Part shown: positions 1-13,847 of the stretch, piece after piece | How positions within the stretch are numbered: the first letter of the stretch is position 1 | Layout of the letters: every line of letters starts with the position of its first letter | NCBI GenBank assembly: GCA_963760795.1 | Contig: CAVXEP010000013.1 | Span: forward strand, 96,001-160,000 | Origin: an uncultured delta proteobacterium | GTDB taxonomy: Bacteria > Desulfobacterota > Binatia > UBA9968 | DNA: 64,000 nucleotides | Direction: 5' to 3' | Made by a program: the position numbers and the translations under genes | The notes under the pieces: model-generated | Seen by the model: the letters and a program-made list of their open reading frames with translations, nothing else | Told to the model about the DNA's origin: nothing | The model's database searches: none

Positions 1-1194
1 ACCTTTGAAGCAAAACATCCCGGCACGACGGTGGTCATCAACAGCAAGCAAACCAACGCCGGGGTCACTTACTTGCGCGAGACCAAGGCAAAACCCGAAG
101 CGGATATATTTTGGGTAAGCGCACCGGATGCGTTTCAGACCCTCGACACCGATGGCCTGTTGGAAAAGTACGCGCCGCCCAAGGAGATCATGGCCAAGAT
201 CCCGGCCAAGATCGGCAACTTTCCGATTCACGATCCCGAAGGAAAATATTTCGGCTTCGCCATCAGCGGCTACGGTTTGATGTGGAATAAAAATTACATG
301 AAAGCGCACAAGTTGCCGCCGCCCAAGGAGTGGACCGACTTGACCCAAGCGCGCTACTACAATCATCTGATCATCAGCGCCCCGTCGCGCAGCGGCACCA
401 CGCACCTGACCGTCGAGACCATCCTGCAAGCCTATGGCTGGGACAAAGGCTGGGCGTTGCTCCTCAACGCCGGCGGCAACATGGGCAGCATTACCGAGCG
501 CAGCTTCGGTGTTCCCGAGGCGGTCATCAGCGGTCAATACGGCGTCGGCGTGGTCATTGATTTTTTTGGCCTATCGGCCATCGCCAGCGGCCAGCCGGTG
601 GAGTTCGCCTATCCGTCATTAACCTCCGTAGTGCCGGCCAGCGTCGGCATCGTCAAAGGCGGTCCCAACCCGCAGGAGGCGCGCGCTTTCGTCAATTACC
701 TTCTCAGCGAAGCGGGACAGACCGTGTTGTTCGCCCCGGAGATCGCCCGCTTGCCGGTGATCCCGGAGCTCTACGCCAAAGCGCCCAAGGATTATCCCAA
801 TCCGTTCAAGAAAAAACTCGGCGGCGTCGAATTCAACGACGAGCTGTCATCGACTAGGCGCGACGTCGTGAACTCGCTGTACGACCACATCATCACCTTC
901 CGCCACAAAGAACTGCGCGAGGCCTGGAAGAGCATTTACAGCGCCGAAGAAGCGCTGGCAAAAAGCAAAGCGGCCAGCGCAGCCCAAGGGAAATCGCTGA
1001 TCGCCGACGCGCGCAAATTCGCGACCCAAATGCCGATTAATGATAAGCGCGCCGCCGACAAAGAAGTCAGCGGCGCCTTCAAGTCCAAGTCCGGCCTCAA
1101 ATCCCAGCTCGAAACCGAATGGGAAAACGCCGCCCGCGGCAACTACAACAAAGCCAAAGAGCTAGCGGAAAAAGCCGCGGCATTGGCGAAGTAG
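1..1194 (+). CDS. ABC transporter substrate-binding protein, Fe3+/PgtC-like family (5'-truncated by window edge)
   Basis: Frame open from base 1 (TFEAKHPGTTVVINSK); ADIFW, PSRSGTTHL and GPNPQEARAFVNYLLSEAGQ motifs; first gene of SBP-permease-ATPase operon. Confidence 0.85.
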   Translation, partial: TFEAKHPGTTVVINSKQTNAGVTYLRETKAKPEADIFWVSAPDAFQTLDTDGLLEKYAPPKEIMAKIPAKIGNFPIHDPEGKYFGFAISGYGLMWNKNYMKAHKLPPPKEWTDLTQARYYNHLIISAPSRSGTTHLTVETILQAYGWDKGWALLLNAGGNMGSITERSFGVPEAVISGQYGVGVVIDFFGLSAIASGQPVEFAYPSLTSVVPASVGIVKGGPNPQEARAFVNYLLSEAGQTVLFAPEIARLPVIPELYAKAPKDYPNPFKKKLGGVEFNDELSSTRRDVVNSLYDHIITFRHKELREAWKSIYSAEEALAKSKAASAAQGKSLIADARKFATQMPINDKRAADKEVSGAFKSKSGLKSQLETEWENAARGNYNKAKELAEKAAALAK

Positions 1195-1203
1195 TTGCAC
1201 GGG

Positions 1204-1220
1204 AGCCGCATAAAGCGGCT
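1204..1220 (+). terminator. Short hairpin after SBP stop (possible mRNA-stabilising or attenuating stem)
   Basis: agccgc-ataaa-gcggct inverted repeat; no U-tract. Confidence 0.35.
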
Positions 1221-1247
1221 GAGCGACGACAAATGGAACCAGTCATT

Positions 1248-1326
1248 TACCGCGAAGGCACGAAGTTCACGAAGGGTTCCGAGAATTAAAAATTCCGAAC
1301 TTCGTGTTCTTCGTGCCTTCGTGGTG
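1248..1326. repeat. Intergenic palindrome, family A (about 9-nt cacgaag units / cttcgtg units)
   Basis: accgcgaaggcacgaagttcacgaag...ttccgaacttcgtgttcttcgtgccttcgtggtg; close copies at 35431 and 43534. Confidence 0.85.
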
Positions 1327-1352
1327 AGTAATAACTCCAGCGACTTCCACCC

Positions 1353-3059
1353 ATGGCGTTAACCACAACCGCGGTCACTGCACCGCCGCGCCAACGCATC
1401 GACTGGTGGCAAGGCGGCATCATGGCTGTCCTCCTGGCCATCCTCACCGCGTTCATTCTCTACCCCGTGCTCCGGGTCCTGTGGATTTCCGTTACTGACG
1501 ACGAGAGCAGTTTTACCCTAATTCACTTCGGCAACTTTTTTCGCCGGCCGCTGTTTCGCGAAGCGCTGTGGAACACTTTGTCGAGCGGCTTTCTCGTCGT
1601 CGTCTTTAGCGCGCTCCTGGCCTTGCCGCTGGCCTACGTGCTGGCGCGCTATGAGTTTCGCGGCAAGCTGCTGCTGCAAACCGCCGCGACTCTGCCGTTG
1701 GTGATTCCGCCTTTCGTTGGCGCGGTGGCGCTGCAATTGATTTTAGGGCGCAGCGGCATGGTCAACCTGCTGCTACTAGACTGGTTCGATATTTCGATCC
1801 CGTTCATGGAAGGGCTCACCGGGGTCGTTCTGGTGCAGACGCTGCACTTTTTTCCGTTCATACTGCTCAACACCGTGGTGTCGCTGTCGAACATCGACGC
1901 CTCCCTCGAAGAGATGGCGCAGAATCTCGGCTGCCATGGCTTTCGCCTGTTCCGCCGGGTGACTTTGCCGCTGATGCTGCCGGGCTTCGTCGCCGGCTCG
2001 CTTCTGACGTTCATCCGCGCCATCGACGACCTCGGCACGCCGCTGATGTTGAACTACAAGAATCTGCTGGCGCCCCAGGCGTATCTACGCATCACCACCA
2101 TCGGCATGGACGATGTCGACGGCTATGTCGTCTGCGTCGTGTTGGTCGTGCTTTCGATGGTAACGCTCTTGGCGGCGCGCAAATACTTGAGCCTGGCGGA
2201 ATACGCCACGGTGCAGCGCGCCGCGCCGATCTCACGTCAATTGCAAGGCAAGCAGCTCGCGCTCGTTTGGCTGGTCATCGCGGTCATCCTCGGCGTTAGC
2301 CTCTTGCCGCACATCGGCATCGTCCTGCTGTCGTTCGCCAAGGTCTGGAGCTTTTCGTTGTTACCGACGACCTATACTCTCGGCAATTACGAAGAAATCT
2401 TGTTTCGCGTGCCGCACTTCGTCATCAATACCTTGATCTACACGCTGCTCGCCGCCGCCCTCGACATCGTCCTCGGCGCCGCCATCGCCTTTCTATTACT
2501 GCGCACCGGCGTGCCGGGGCGCAATGTTCTCGACGCCATCGCGACCATGCCGCTGGCGATTCCCGGCGTGGTGCTGGCGGTCGGCTATTTGCGCGTGTTC
2601 CACGGCTGGGATTTCCCCGGTCTGGGCGCGCCGCTGACCTCGTCGTGGCTCATCCTCGTAGTCGCCTATACCATGCGCCGCCTGCCCTACACCGTGCGCG
2701 CCTGCTATGCCGCGCTGCAGCAAGTCCATATTACCCTCGAAGAGTCGGCGCAAAACTTGGGCGCCAACCGCTTCCGCACCTTCGTAAAAATCACCTTGCC
2801 GATGATTAGCGGCGGCCTGGTCGCCGGCGGGCTGATTGCGTTCGTAACTTCCTGCGTCGAATTGGCCTCGACCATCATGCTCGTGCCGCGCATCGAATTG
2901 GGGCCGATCTCTTACGGCATCTATCTCTACATGCAGAGTTCCCTGGGGCGCGGCGCCGGCGCGGCGTTGGGCGTGGTCGCCATCCTCCTGGTTTCCCTCG
3001 GCACCTATCTCACCCACCGGGTCTTTGGCGCCCGCGCCGGCAATGCATTTCGGGTGTAA
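1353..3059 (+). CDS. Iron(III)-type ABC transporter permease with two BPD_transp domains
   Basis: Two EAA loops (LEEMAQNLG, LEESAQNLGA); strongly hydrophobic; 568 aa. Confidence 0.9.
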   Translation: MALTTTAVTAPPRQRIDWWQGGIMAVLLAILTAFILYPVLRVLWISVTDDESSFTLIHFGNFFRRPLFREALWNTLSSGFLVVVFSALLALPLAYVLARYEFRGKLLLQTAATLPLVIPPFVGAVALQLILGRSGMVNLLLLDWFDISIPFMEGLTGVVLVQTLHFFPFILLNTVVSLSNIDASLEEMAQNLGCHGFRLFRRVTLPLMLPGFVAGSLLTFIRAIDDLGTPLMLNYKNLLAPQAYLRITTIGMDDVDGYVVCVVLVVLSMVTLLAARKYLSLAEYATVQRAAPISRQLQGKQLALVWLVIAVILGVSLLPHIGIVLLSFAKVWSFSLLPTTYTLGNYEEILFRVPHFVINTLIYTLLAAALDIVLGAAIAFLLLRTGVPGRNVLDAIATMPLAIPGVVLAVGYLRVFHGWDFPGLGAPLTSSWLILVVAYTMRRLPYTVRACYAALQQVHITLEESAQNLGANRFRTFVKITLPMISGGLVAGGLIAFVTSCVELASTIMLVPRIELGPISYGIYLYMQSSLGRGAGAALGVVAILLVSLGTYLTHRVFGARAGNAFRV

Positions 3060-3061
3060 TC

Positions 3062-4189
3062 ATGAAAGCAGCTCAAGTCAGACTGGAAAATATCGGCAAA
3101 CGCTACGGCGAACAGTGGGTGGTCCGCGATGTCAACTTGCAGATCCAAGCGGGCGATTTTTTCACATTCCTGGGCCCCAGCGGCTGCGGCAAGACGACAT
3201 TGCTACGCATGATCGCCGGCTTCGCGATCCCGGATCAAGGATCGATTCACCTGGACGACCAGGAGGTCAGCCGCATGCCGCCATGGCAGCGCGACATCGG
3301 CATGGTGTTTCAGAATTACGCTCTCTGGCCGCACATGACGGTGTTTGAAAACGTCGCCTTCGGCCTGCGCGAGCGGAAAATCCGCCGCGGCGAAATTGTC
3401 AGCCGGGTGCACCAAGCTTTGGCGACCGTCGACCTCCAGGGCCGCGAGTCGCACCGGCCGTCGCAACTCTCCGGCGGCCAGCAACAACGCGTCGCCCTGG
3501 CGCGCATCCTGGTGATTCAGCCGAGGGTTGTGTTGCTCGACGAACCGCTGAGCAATCTCGACGCCAAGCTGCGCATCGAAATGCGCCTGGAATTATTGAA
3601 GCTGCAACGCGACCTCGGTCTGACCACGATCTACGTCACCCACGACCAGGAAGAGGCATTGGCGATGTCGACAAAGATCGCCGTGATCAATCACGGCCAA
3701 GTCGTTCAAGTGGGCCCGCCGCGCGCGATCTATGAGCGGCCGATTGACAACTTCGTCGCCGCCTTTGTCGGCCAAGCCAATTTGCTGGCGGGGAAAATTC
3801 GCTCGCGCAACGACCACACATGCGCGGTCGATATCGGCGATGGCAACGTCGTCCAAACCCATGCCGCGGCCGTAACTTTTCAAGCCGGCGACGCCGTGTG
3901 GCTGAGCCTGCGGCCGGAAGCGGTCGAACTATGGCCGCGCGGCGCCGAGAAACTATCTGTCAATGCTCTTGAGGGAAAGATAATTACCGCCGCCTATCAA
4001 GGCGCAGTCGTCGAATACGAAGTCAGCGCGGCGGCAACTATCCTCAAAGTTCGTGTCGCCAATTCGCAAGGGCAAACACTTTATCAGCGCGGCGATGAAG
4101 TAAGCCTATCTTTTGCTCCGGAAGCCGTCACCTGCTTGGCAGGATCTAGCGAGAAAGGCTATCCCAGTGAGCGGTGGCCCGCCAAGTAG
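3062..4189 (+). CDS. ABC transporter ATP-binding protein (FbpC/PotA-like, C-terminal TOBE)
   Basis: [32 protein letters not shown]. Confidence 0.92.
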   Translation: MKAAQVRLENIGKRYGEQWVVRDVNLQIQAGDFFTFLGPSGCGKTTLLRMIAGFAIPDQGSIHLDDQEVSRMPPWQRDIGMVFQNYALWPHMTVFENVAFGLRERKIRRGEIVSRVHQALATVDLQGRESHRPSQLSGGQQQRVALARILVIQPRVVLLDEPLSNLDAKLRIEMRLELLKLQRDLGLTTIYVTHDQEEALAMSTKIAVINHGQVVQVGPPRAIYERPIDNFVAAFVGQANLLAGKIRSRNDHTCAVDIGDGNVVQTHAAAVTFQAGDAVWLSLRPEAVELWPRGAEKLSVNALEGKIITAAYQGAVVEYEVSAAATILKVRVANSQGQTLYQRGDEVSLSFAPEAVTCLAGSSEKGYPSERWPAK

Positions 4190-4197
4190 TTGCGCCG

Positions 4198-4599
4198 CTA
4201 AATTTTGGCGAAGATATCCGGCTCAACGCGAGCCAGGCTCTGTGCTATCGCTTGTTGGTCGATCGCCTTGGCGATGTCGTCATAGCCGGCTTCAGAGACC
4301 ATTGACGGCAGGCGAGTCTTGAGCTGATCCAGAGTCCAGCGCACGGGATCGGTGATACCTTCGGCGAGCATGTCATGAACTGGGTTCTTCGGTGACGCAC
4401 CGACATGATAATGGGGCGTCTTGCTGAAGCAGTCGAAGCGCAAAATTCTCGCTCCTTCCTCTTCGCCCGCCACGGTGACATCGAAGGTCAACCCCTCATC
4501 GCCGCCGATGCCGCGGCGGTAATCCACCCAAATCCGCATACCCGCCGCCTCGATGACAACCGGATCGCTCTTCTTCGGCATAGATTGTTCTTTTTCCAT
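4198..4599 (-). CDS. Hypothetical protein (LRFDCF...PHYH motif)
   Basis: 133-aa ATG ORF between operons with a purine-rich upstream sequence and protein-like composition. Confidence 0.7.
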   Translation of the reverse strand: MEKEQSMPKKSDPVVIEAAGMRIWVDYRRGIGGDEGLTFDVTVAGEEEGARILRFDCFSKTPHYHVGASPKNPVHDMLAEGITDPVRWTLDQLKTRLPSMVSEAGYDDIAKAIDQQAIAQSLARVEPDIFAKI

Positions 4600-4806
4600 G
4601 GTCCACGTCCCTTTCAGATTTGATGAGTAAACTTCCGAGCCAGCCCCGCGACACTAACAGCCTGCCGGCTGTTTGCGCAAACCAATTAAATAGCCCTCCG
4701 CTATACGCCGAGGGATCGCGCTTATGTCAAAGTCCGTTTGCTCTTTTTCGTTATTGCCGCGAACGCGAGAATCCCGGCTGGTATTCCCAATAGGCCGCCG
4801 CGATCA

Positions 4807-8505
<3,699 letters not shown>

Positions 8506-8509
<4 letters not shown>

Positions 8510-9495
8510 ATGATTTTCCTGTTTCGACTAGACGCAGTTTTGATCGGCAGGACCGCCCGGGCCACGAAAATCTCCACCGGCCGGTTGCCGTTGCGGGCGA
8601 TTTTCTCGCCGGCAAAAGAACCGGTTAGATCGTAATCCAACGATGGCGCCCCCGCGGCGCGAAACCAATCCTCAATGGAACCGCGATCAAAGCCGAGCCA
8701 CTGGTGCGCCATCTGCTCGCGCATCCAATCCTGCTTGTGTTCGACCAGATCGACGAGAATCACCGAGCCGCCGGGCCGGACGACGCGACAAAGACCGGCA
8801 ATCGCCCGCGCCGGATCGGGCAGAAAATGCAGCACCATCACGCAAAACGCAGCATCGAGACTGTGCGACTCTAACGGCAGCTTGAGCACGTCGCCCTGGC
8901 GAAATTCGACGTTGCCCAACTCTCGCTCCTTGGCGATGGTGCGAGCGCGCCGCAGCATTTCGCTCGATAGATCGACACCGATGACTTTGCGAGCGAAACG
9001 CGCCAGTTCGAAGGTCAAACTGCCGGTGCCACAACCGATATCGGCCAATGCAAGGTTGCGCGGCAGCAATTTCTCGATCGCCAGCGAGGTTACGCGGTCG
9101 TCGAAATAACTCTGGCGAATGCGCTCCCAGTCGCCGGCCACCGATTCGAAATAATTTTGCGAACGGTGCAGGCGGCGGCGCCGGCATGCTTCCAAGCGCG
9201 CCCGATCTTTTTTGACCTCGGGGATTTCACCGAGCTTGGTTTGGAGAGACTCGAACAGTTCGCGCGCCGGCTCCGGCATGTCGGCGCGGACCGAGAAGTA
9301 AACACTGGTGCCTTCCTTGCGGTCCCGCACGAAGCCCGCTTCGCGCAGCATCGCCAAGTTGCGCGATACCGACGACTGCATCGATGCTACTACCTCTTGC
9401 ACCTCGCCGACGGTCAACTCTTCTTCGGCAACCGCCGCGAGCACGCGCAAGCGCAATGGATCGGCCAAGGTTTTGAGTGTGCGTACGAAATCCAT
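8506..9495 (-). CDS. ArsR-family regulator fused to a class I SAM-methyltransferase domain (SahR-like)
   Basis: N-terminal [10 protein letters not shown]...[19 protein letters not shown]; C-terminal DIGCGTG; overlaps metH start. Confidence 0.88.
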
Positions 9496-9512
9496 AGCTC
9501 AATACAATATCT

Positions 9513-9544
9513 ATCATTATATGCGAATATTGTGATGATGACAA
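9513..9544 (-). promoter_or_regulatory. Sigma70 promoter (TTGTCA-17-TATAAT) with overlapping imperfect palindrome
   Basis: Minus strand TTGTCA 9544-9539, 17-nt spacer, TATAAT 9521-9516; atcattatat-gcga-atattgtgat dyad at 9513-9536. Confidence 0.7.
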
Positions 9545-9735
9545 CAACGCTGCCGGATCGGCCTTGGACCGAGGACAGGTCATCGATAGGGCGCCGTGTC
9601 GCAAATCCACTCACCGATCAGTCCGCGCCAACTTCCTACCGGGACTACGGGCATTATCTTATACTTTCCCAATGGCCGGTAGAAAAAATCCTTAACGCGA
9701 GCGCGGAAAAAGGGCGGCCGCGCCAATGCAAGCAA

Positions 9736-10380
9736 TTACGACGGCGTGTAGGCGAGTTGGCTAGCGACCATGAAGTGAAACGGCGCGAGCAGGCGGTCAT
9801 GGCGGCGCGGTTGCGCAGCGGCAGCGGCACCGTCGTTGAAGAGTTCGATCACTTGATGAATCGCCTCGATGGTAGAGTAGCACTCCGGCCGCGGTTCCCG
9901 GCGAAAGCCGTAGGCCGATGGTGTTGGCGGTGCGAAACAGATCGTCGGCAGTTGCCGCAGATTATCACTCAGGCGCATCATCTTGCGCACGCTTTTCCAA
10001 GTTCCGTCCAAAACGAATACCACCAGAGTGCGCGACCCGGAGGCAAGCTGGCGGCGTTCGGTCGCCGTCAGTTTCGACAGATTGACCGCCTGGCGGCTCG
10101 GGAAGAGCAGCATGGGCGCGTTACCGGGATCGGCGATCTCGCGATTGACCTTCGGATGTTGGGAGAAATCTATACCTTCGAACCTGAGCGAATTGCCGAG
10201 CCCCAAATGCGCCATCCGGCCGGTGCCAAGCCGGTGCTTGGCCTCCCGCGGCTGGCTGAGAATCACAAAGCGCGGCAGCGAGTCGAACGGTTCGATGAGC
10301 GCACAGTAGCATGCCACGCCGGGCCGCCGGCAACGCGCGCACCAGGCGCGGAACTGCGCCGCATCGGCCAATCGACTCAT
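9736..10380 (-). CDS. DTW-domain tRNA-uridine aminocarboxypropyltransferase
   Basis: CxxC...CxC N-terminus, VLDGTW motif, YSTIEAI. Confidence 0.85.
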   Translation of the reverse strand: MSRLADAAQFRAWCARCRRPGVACYCALIEPFDSLPRFVILSQPREAKHRLGTGRMAHLGLGNSLRFEGIDFSQHPKVNREIADPGNAPMLLFPSRQAVNLSKLTATERRQLASGSRTLVVFVLDGTWKSVRKMMRLSDNLRQLPTICFAPPTPSAYGFRREPRPECYSTIEAIHQVIELFNDGAAAAAQPRRHDRLLAPFHFMVASQLAYTPS

Positions 10381-10413
10381 TGTATGTTGCTCGAGCTGTT
10401 TGAGCCGCAATGT

Positions 10414-11001
10414 TTATGCAATCCTCTTGGCGAATATGCCGGCGCGAAAGGCCGCTGCCGCGCCATCGGCAAATTCCCCTTCGCGATAGAACAATACGTG
10501 AAAGTCGCCAAAGCATTGGAGCAACTCGTTATGGCGTAACAGGTAATCGGCATTCTTCGGGTGCCCAACCGCGGCTTGGTCAATGAGATAGGTCTCAAAG
10601 ATCACATGACCGCCGGGCTTCACCGCCTGCCGCATTGGCCGGATTAGCGAGCGCTGAAGATAGTTGAAATTGACAATCAGATCGAAATCGCCGCCAGCAG
10701 GCGCGAGCTCGCCCGCTTCCAAGTCGCAGAGACGCCAGTCGATGAGCAGATCTTGCTGCTGCGCCCGCCGCCGGCCTTCCGCTAAAGCGACGGCGGAAAT
10801 ATCCAGCGCCGTTACGGCGAAGCCGCGTTGCGCTAGATAGATCGCGTTGCGTCCCTTGCCACAGGCGATGTCCAACGCCGTCCCGCCAAGCCCCATCCAA
10901 GCGTCGCTTTCAAGCATCTCGCGGAGAAAAGCCGAAGGCTGTTCAGTACCCAGTGATTTCAGATGCTGCTGGTCCCAGCGCATGCGGTCGTCGGTGGACA
11001 T
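10414..11001 (-). CDS. Class I SAM-dependent methyltransferase (TehB-like)
   Basis: ALDIACGKGRNAIYLAQRG, VKPGG, NELL motifs. Confidence 0.85.
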   Translation of the reverse strand: MSTDDRMRWDQQHLKSLGTEQPSAFLREMLESDAWMGLGGTALDIACGKGRNAIYLAQRGFAVTALDISAVALAEGRRRAQQQDLLIDWRLCDLEAGELAPAGGDFDLIVNFNYLQRSLIRPMRQAVKPGGHVIFETYLIDQAAVGHPKNADYLLRHNELLQCFGDFHVLFYREGEFADGAAAAFRAGIFAKRIA

Positions 11002-11018
11002 GACTGTTCATCTCGAAA

Positions 11019-11780
11019 CTAGTACACCGCTCGCGCTAGAGTCAGGACATACACCTCTTTGGCGCCGCCTTGCTTCAACGTGCGGCTGCATTCGTTGACG
11101 GTCGCTCCCGAGGTGTAAACATCGTCAATCAGCAAGATGCGCTTGTCTTTGACCGGTCGCTCGGCGTTGAGCGCGAACGCGCCGCGCACGTTGCGCCGCC
11201 GCTCTTCCTCCGGCAGCTGAGTCTGCGCCGCGGTTTCACGGCGGCGCGTCAATAGGAACAGGTCCAACTGAATGTTGTAAGCGCGGCCGACCTCGCGGCC
11301 CAAGAGCGCCGATTGATTGAAGCCGCGCCAGCGTAGTCTTTTCGGATAAAGCGGCACCGGTACGATCACGTCGGCGTTCACCGCCGCGAGAAATTCTTGG
11401 CAGCCGTGCGCCATCAATCGCCCCAGTGGTTTGCCGAGCGAGACCTTGCGGTTGTATTTGAACTTTTGCACGACTTGTCGCAGTGGATGGTCATCTTCGC
11501 GCGGGTAGCAAGCCCAGGCGCGCGCCGCGACGAACTGCGGCCGCCGCTCTAAACAGACGCCGCAAGCATGATCGTCGCCGCTGCCGTCGGGAAAGGGCCG
11601 TCCGCAAATATTGCACAGCGGATGGCCGACCAGTTGGATATGCTGCCGGCAGAGCGAACAGAAATACTCCGCATCGCGGCCGACAATCCTGCCGCGGCAA
11701 GCCCGGCAGCGCGGCGGATAAAGCCAGTCGAGCAGCCAATCGACGCGCCCCGGCAATCTTGCAATAGCGCAAAGCTCCAT
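11019..11780 (-). CDS. comF: ComF family protein (double zinc ribbon plus phosphoribosyltransferase domain)
   Basis: Four CxxC pairs, RGFNQS, LLIDDVYTSGAT; start placed at ATG 11780 because the longer ORF overlaps gpmI. Confidence 0.85.
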   Translation of the reverse strand: MELCAIARLPGRVDWLLDWLYPPRCRACRGRIVGRDAEYFCSLCRQHIQLVGHPLCNICGRPFPDGSGDDHACGVCLERRPQFVAARAWACYPREDDHPLRQVVQKFKYNRKVSLGKPLGRLMAHGCQEFLAAVNADVIVPVPLYPKRLRWRGFNQSALLGREVGRAYNIQLDLFLLTRRRETAAQTQLPEEERRRNVRGAFALNAERPVKDKRILLIDDVYTSGATVNECSRTLKQGGAKEVYVLTLARAVY

Positions 11781-11836
11781 GGCGAAAGAGAGCTTAGCAA
11801 ACCCGAGTGGCAAGTAGCAAAGCTGAATTGAATGGC

Positions 11837-13381
11837 CTACGACTCGACGAGTAGAGAATGACCGGTCATCTCCGCCGGCTGCGGCAAACCCAGCAGTTGC
11901 ATCACCGTGGGCGCGACGTCGATGGCGGTGCCGGAGTTGAGCCGGCAGTGGCGATGCGCTTCGTCGATTAGAATCACCGGCACCAGATTGATCGTGTGCG
12001 CCGTATGCGGCATGCCGGTGTCGTAGTCGATCAGCTGTTCGATATTGCCATGATCGGCGGTGATAATAATTTTGCCCTGCTTCGCCAAAGTCGCGTCCAC
12101 CACTTTGCCTAGACACTCGTCGATTACTTCCACCGCTTTGACCGAGGCTTCGAAGTTTCCCGTATGGCCGACCATGTCGGCGTTCGCGTAGTTGGCGATC
12201 ACCAGCCCAACATCGGTTTCGCGCAAGTGTTTCACCAGCGCCTCGGTCACCGGCCGTGCGCTCATCTCCGGTTTCAAGTCGTAGGTCGCCACGTCTTTCG
12301 GCGAGGGAATGAGGATCCGTTCTTCGCCGGGGAATTTACTTTCCTCGCCGCCGTTGAAGAAGTAGGTCACATGGGCGTACTTTTCGGTCTCGGCGATACG
12401 CAACTGCTTGACCCCCGCCTGACTGGCGACTTCACCCAAGATCTTTCTAATCTCGCGCGGCTGGTAAGCCACCGGATGGTTAAAGGTTTCATCATACTGG
12501 GTCATGGTCGTGTAGCTCGCCAGATCGATGCGCTGCGGGCGCGGAAAGTCGGTGAATTCCGGATCGGTCAAGGCGCGCGTCAGCTCGCGCGCCCGGTCGG
12601 CGCGGAAGTTGAAAAAAATCACGCCGTCGCCGTCGCGGATCAGTCCATCCGGCACCGCGCCGTCGATGGTCGTCGGCAGGAGAAATTCATCGGTGATCTT
12701 CGCCTGATAGCTTGCGCGAATCGCCTCGAGCGCGGATGGCGCGCGGTTGCCGATGCCTCCGGTCAGACAAATATAGGCTTTCTCAACGCGCTCCCAGCGC
12801 CTATCGCGGTCCATGGCGTAATAGCGGCCGCTCACCGTGGCAATTTTGACGTTGGGGAAGTTTTTCAATTTCTCGTTCAAGTCGAGCATGAACTGCTCGG
12901 CGCTATTGGGCGGCGTATCGCGGCCATCGAGAAACAGATGGAGAAAAACCTGGGCCAGACGCTCGCGCTTGGCCATTTCAAGAATCGCTTCCATATGGCG
13001 CTGATGACTATGCACTCCACCGTCGCCCAACAGTCCCATCAAGTGCAGGCGATCGCTGTTTGCCTTGGTCTTCCTCAGCGAGTCGAGTAGCACGCTATTG
13101 CGATAGAACCCGCCTTCATCGATGTCTTTGTGGATCAGGGTCAAATCTTGGAAGACAATGCGGCCGGCACCGAGAATCATATGGCCCACTTCCGAGTTGC
13201 CCATCTGCCCTGCCGGCAGGCCGACATCGACACCGGACATGGACAGGCGCGAGTTGGGATAATCGCGCAGCAAAGCATCGAGATTGGGCGTGGTCGCATT
13301 GGCGATGGCGTTGAAGTCTTTGCGCGGATTGATGCCGAAGCCGTCAAGAATAACCAAAACCACCGGCTGGGTTGTGCTCAC
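11837..13381 (-). CDS. gpmI: 2,3-bisphosphoglycerate-independent phosphoglycerate mutase
   Basis: LVILDGFG, GQMGNSEVGH, GRYYAMDRD, AETEKYAHVT, DMVGHTG, TADHGN. Confidence 0.95.
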   Translation of the reverse strand: MSTTQPVVLVILDGFGINPRKDFNAIANATTPNLDALLRDYPNSRLSMSGVDVGLPAGQMGNSEVGHMILGAGRIVFQDLTLIHKDIDEGGFYRNSVLLDSLRKTKANSDRLHLMGLLGDGGVHSHQRHMEAILEMAKRERLAQVFLHLFLDGRDTPPNSAEQFMLDLNEKLKNFPNVKIATVSGRYYAMDRDRRWERVEKAYICLTGGIGNRAPSALEAIRASYQAKITDEFLLPTTIDGAVPDGLIRDGDGVIFFNFRADRARELTRALTDPEFTDFPRPQRIDLASYTTMTQYDETFNHPVAYQPREIRKILGEVASQAGVKQLRIAETEKYAHVTYFFNGGEESKFPGEERILIPSPKDVATYDLKPEMSARPVTEALVKHLRETDVGLVIANYANADMVGHTGNFEASVKAVEVIDECLGKVVDATLAKQGKIIITADHGNIEQLIDYDTGMPHTAHTINLVPVILIDEAHRHCRLNSGTAIDVAPTVMQLLGLPQPAEMTGHSLLVES

Positions 13382-13433
13382 GAGGGATTCCTTTCTGACT
13401 GGACCGGAGAGATTAATCAAAATAGCCGCTCGG

Positions 13434-13847
13434 CTAGTCGGACAGTTGCGCGTCGCTGGCGCGTTGTTGCGCGATCAGTTTGGCGTAGCTGGCCGGCAGC
13501 TTCGCCTGGGGCGCGTGGCTCCATAGGCCGTCGAGATTGTAGAACTGGCGCATCGGCTTGTAGAAGATATGGACAATCACATCGGAAAAGTCCATCAACA
13601 CCCAATGGCCGCGCTGCGCGCCTTCGACGGCAAACGGCCGCACGCCGGCGCTCGCCGCTTCCTGCTGCAATCCTTGGGCGATACTCTGCACCTGGCGATC
13701 GGAGCGGCCCGAGCAAAGGATAAAGTATTCGGCAATCGAAGTGTGCGCATGGACGTCAAGCACGGCCAGGTCGTCCGCTTTCTTATCCAGCGCCGCCCGC
13801 GTCAGCAACAGCGCTTTGTCCCAGCTACTCAGTGCTTTTACTTTCAC
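13434..13847 (-). CDS. rsfS: Ribosome silencing factor
   Basis: DKKA, WVLMDFSDVIVHIF, FYNLDGLW; next to nadD. Confidence 0.93.
   Translation of the reverse strand: MKVKALSSWDKALLLTRAALDKKADDLAVLDVHAHTSIAEYFILCSGRSDRQVQSIAQGLQQEAASAGVRPFAVEGAQRGHWVLMDFSDVIVHIFYKPMRQFYNLDGLWSHAPQAKLPASYAKLIAQQRASDAQLSD

Noticed and set aside
9545-9735. SAM or cobalamin riboswitch upstream of the ArsR-metH operon
   Set aside because: No recognisable consensus by eye, and the predicted promoter lies downstream of this region; an Rfam scan would settle it
9157-10539. 460-aa plus-strand ORF
   Set aside because: Antisense to the ArsR-methyltransferase and DTW genes; no motifs; typical high-GC shadow ORF
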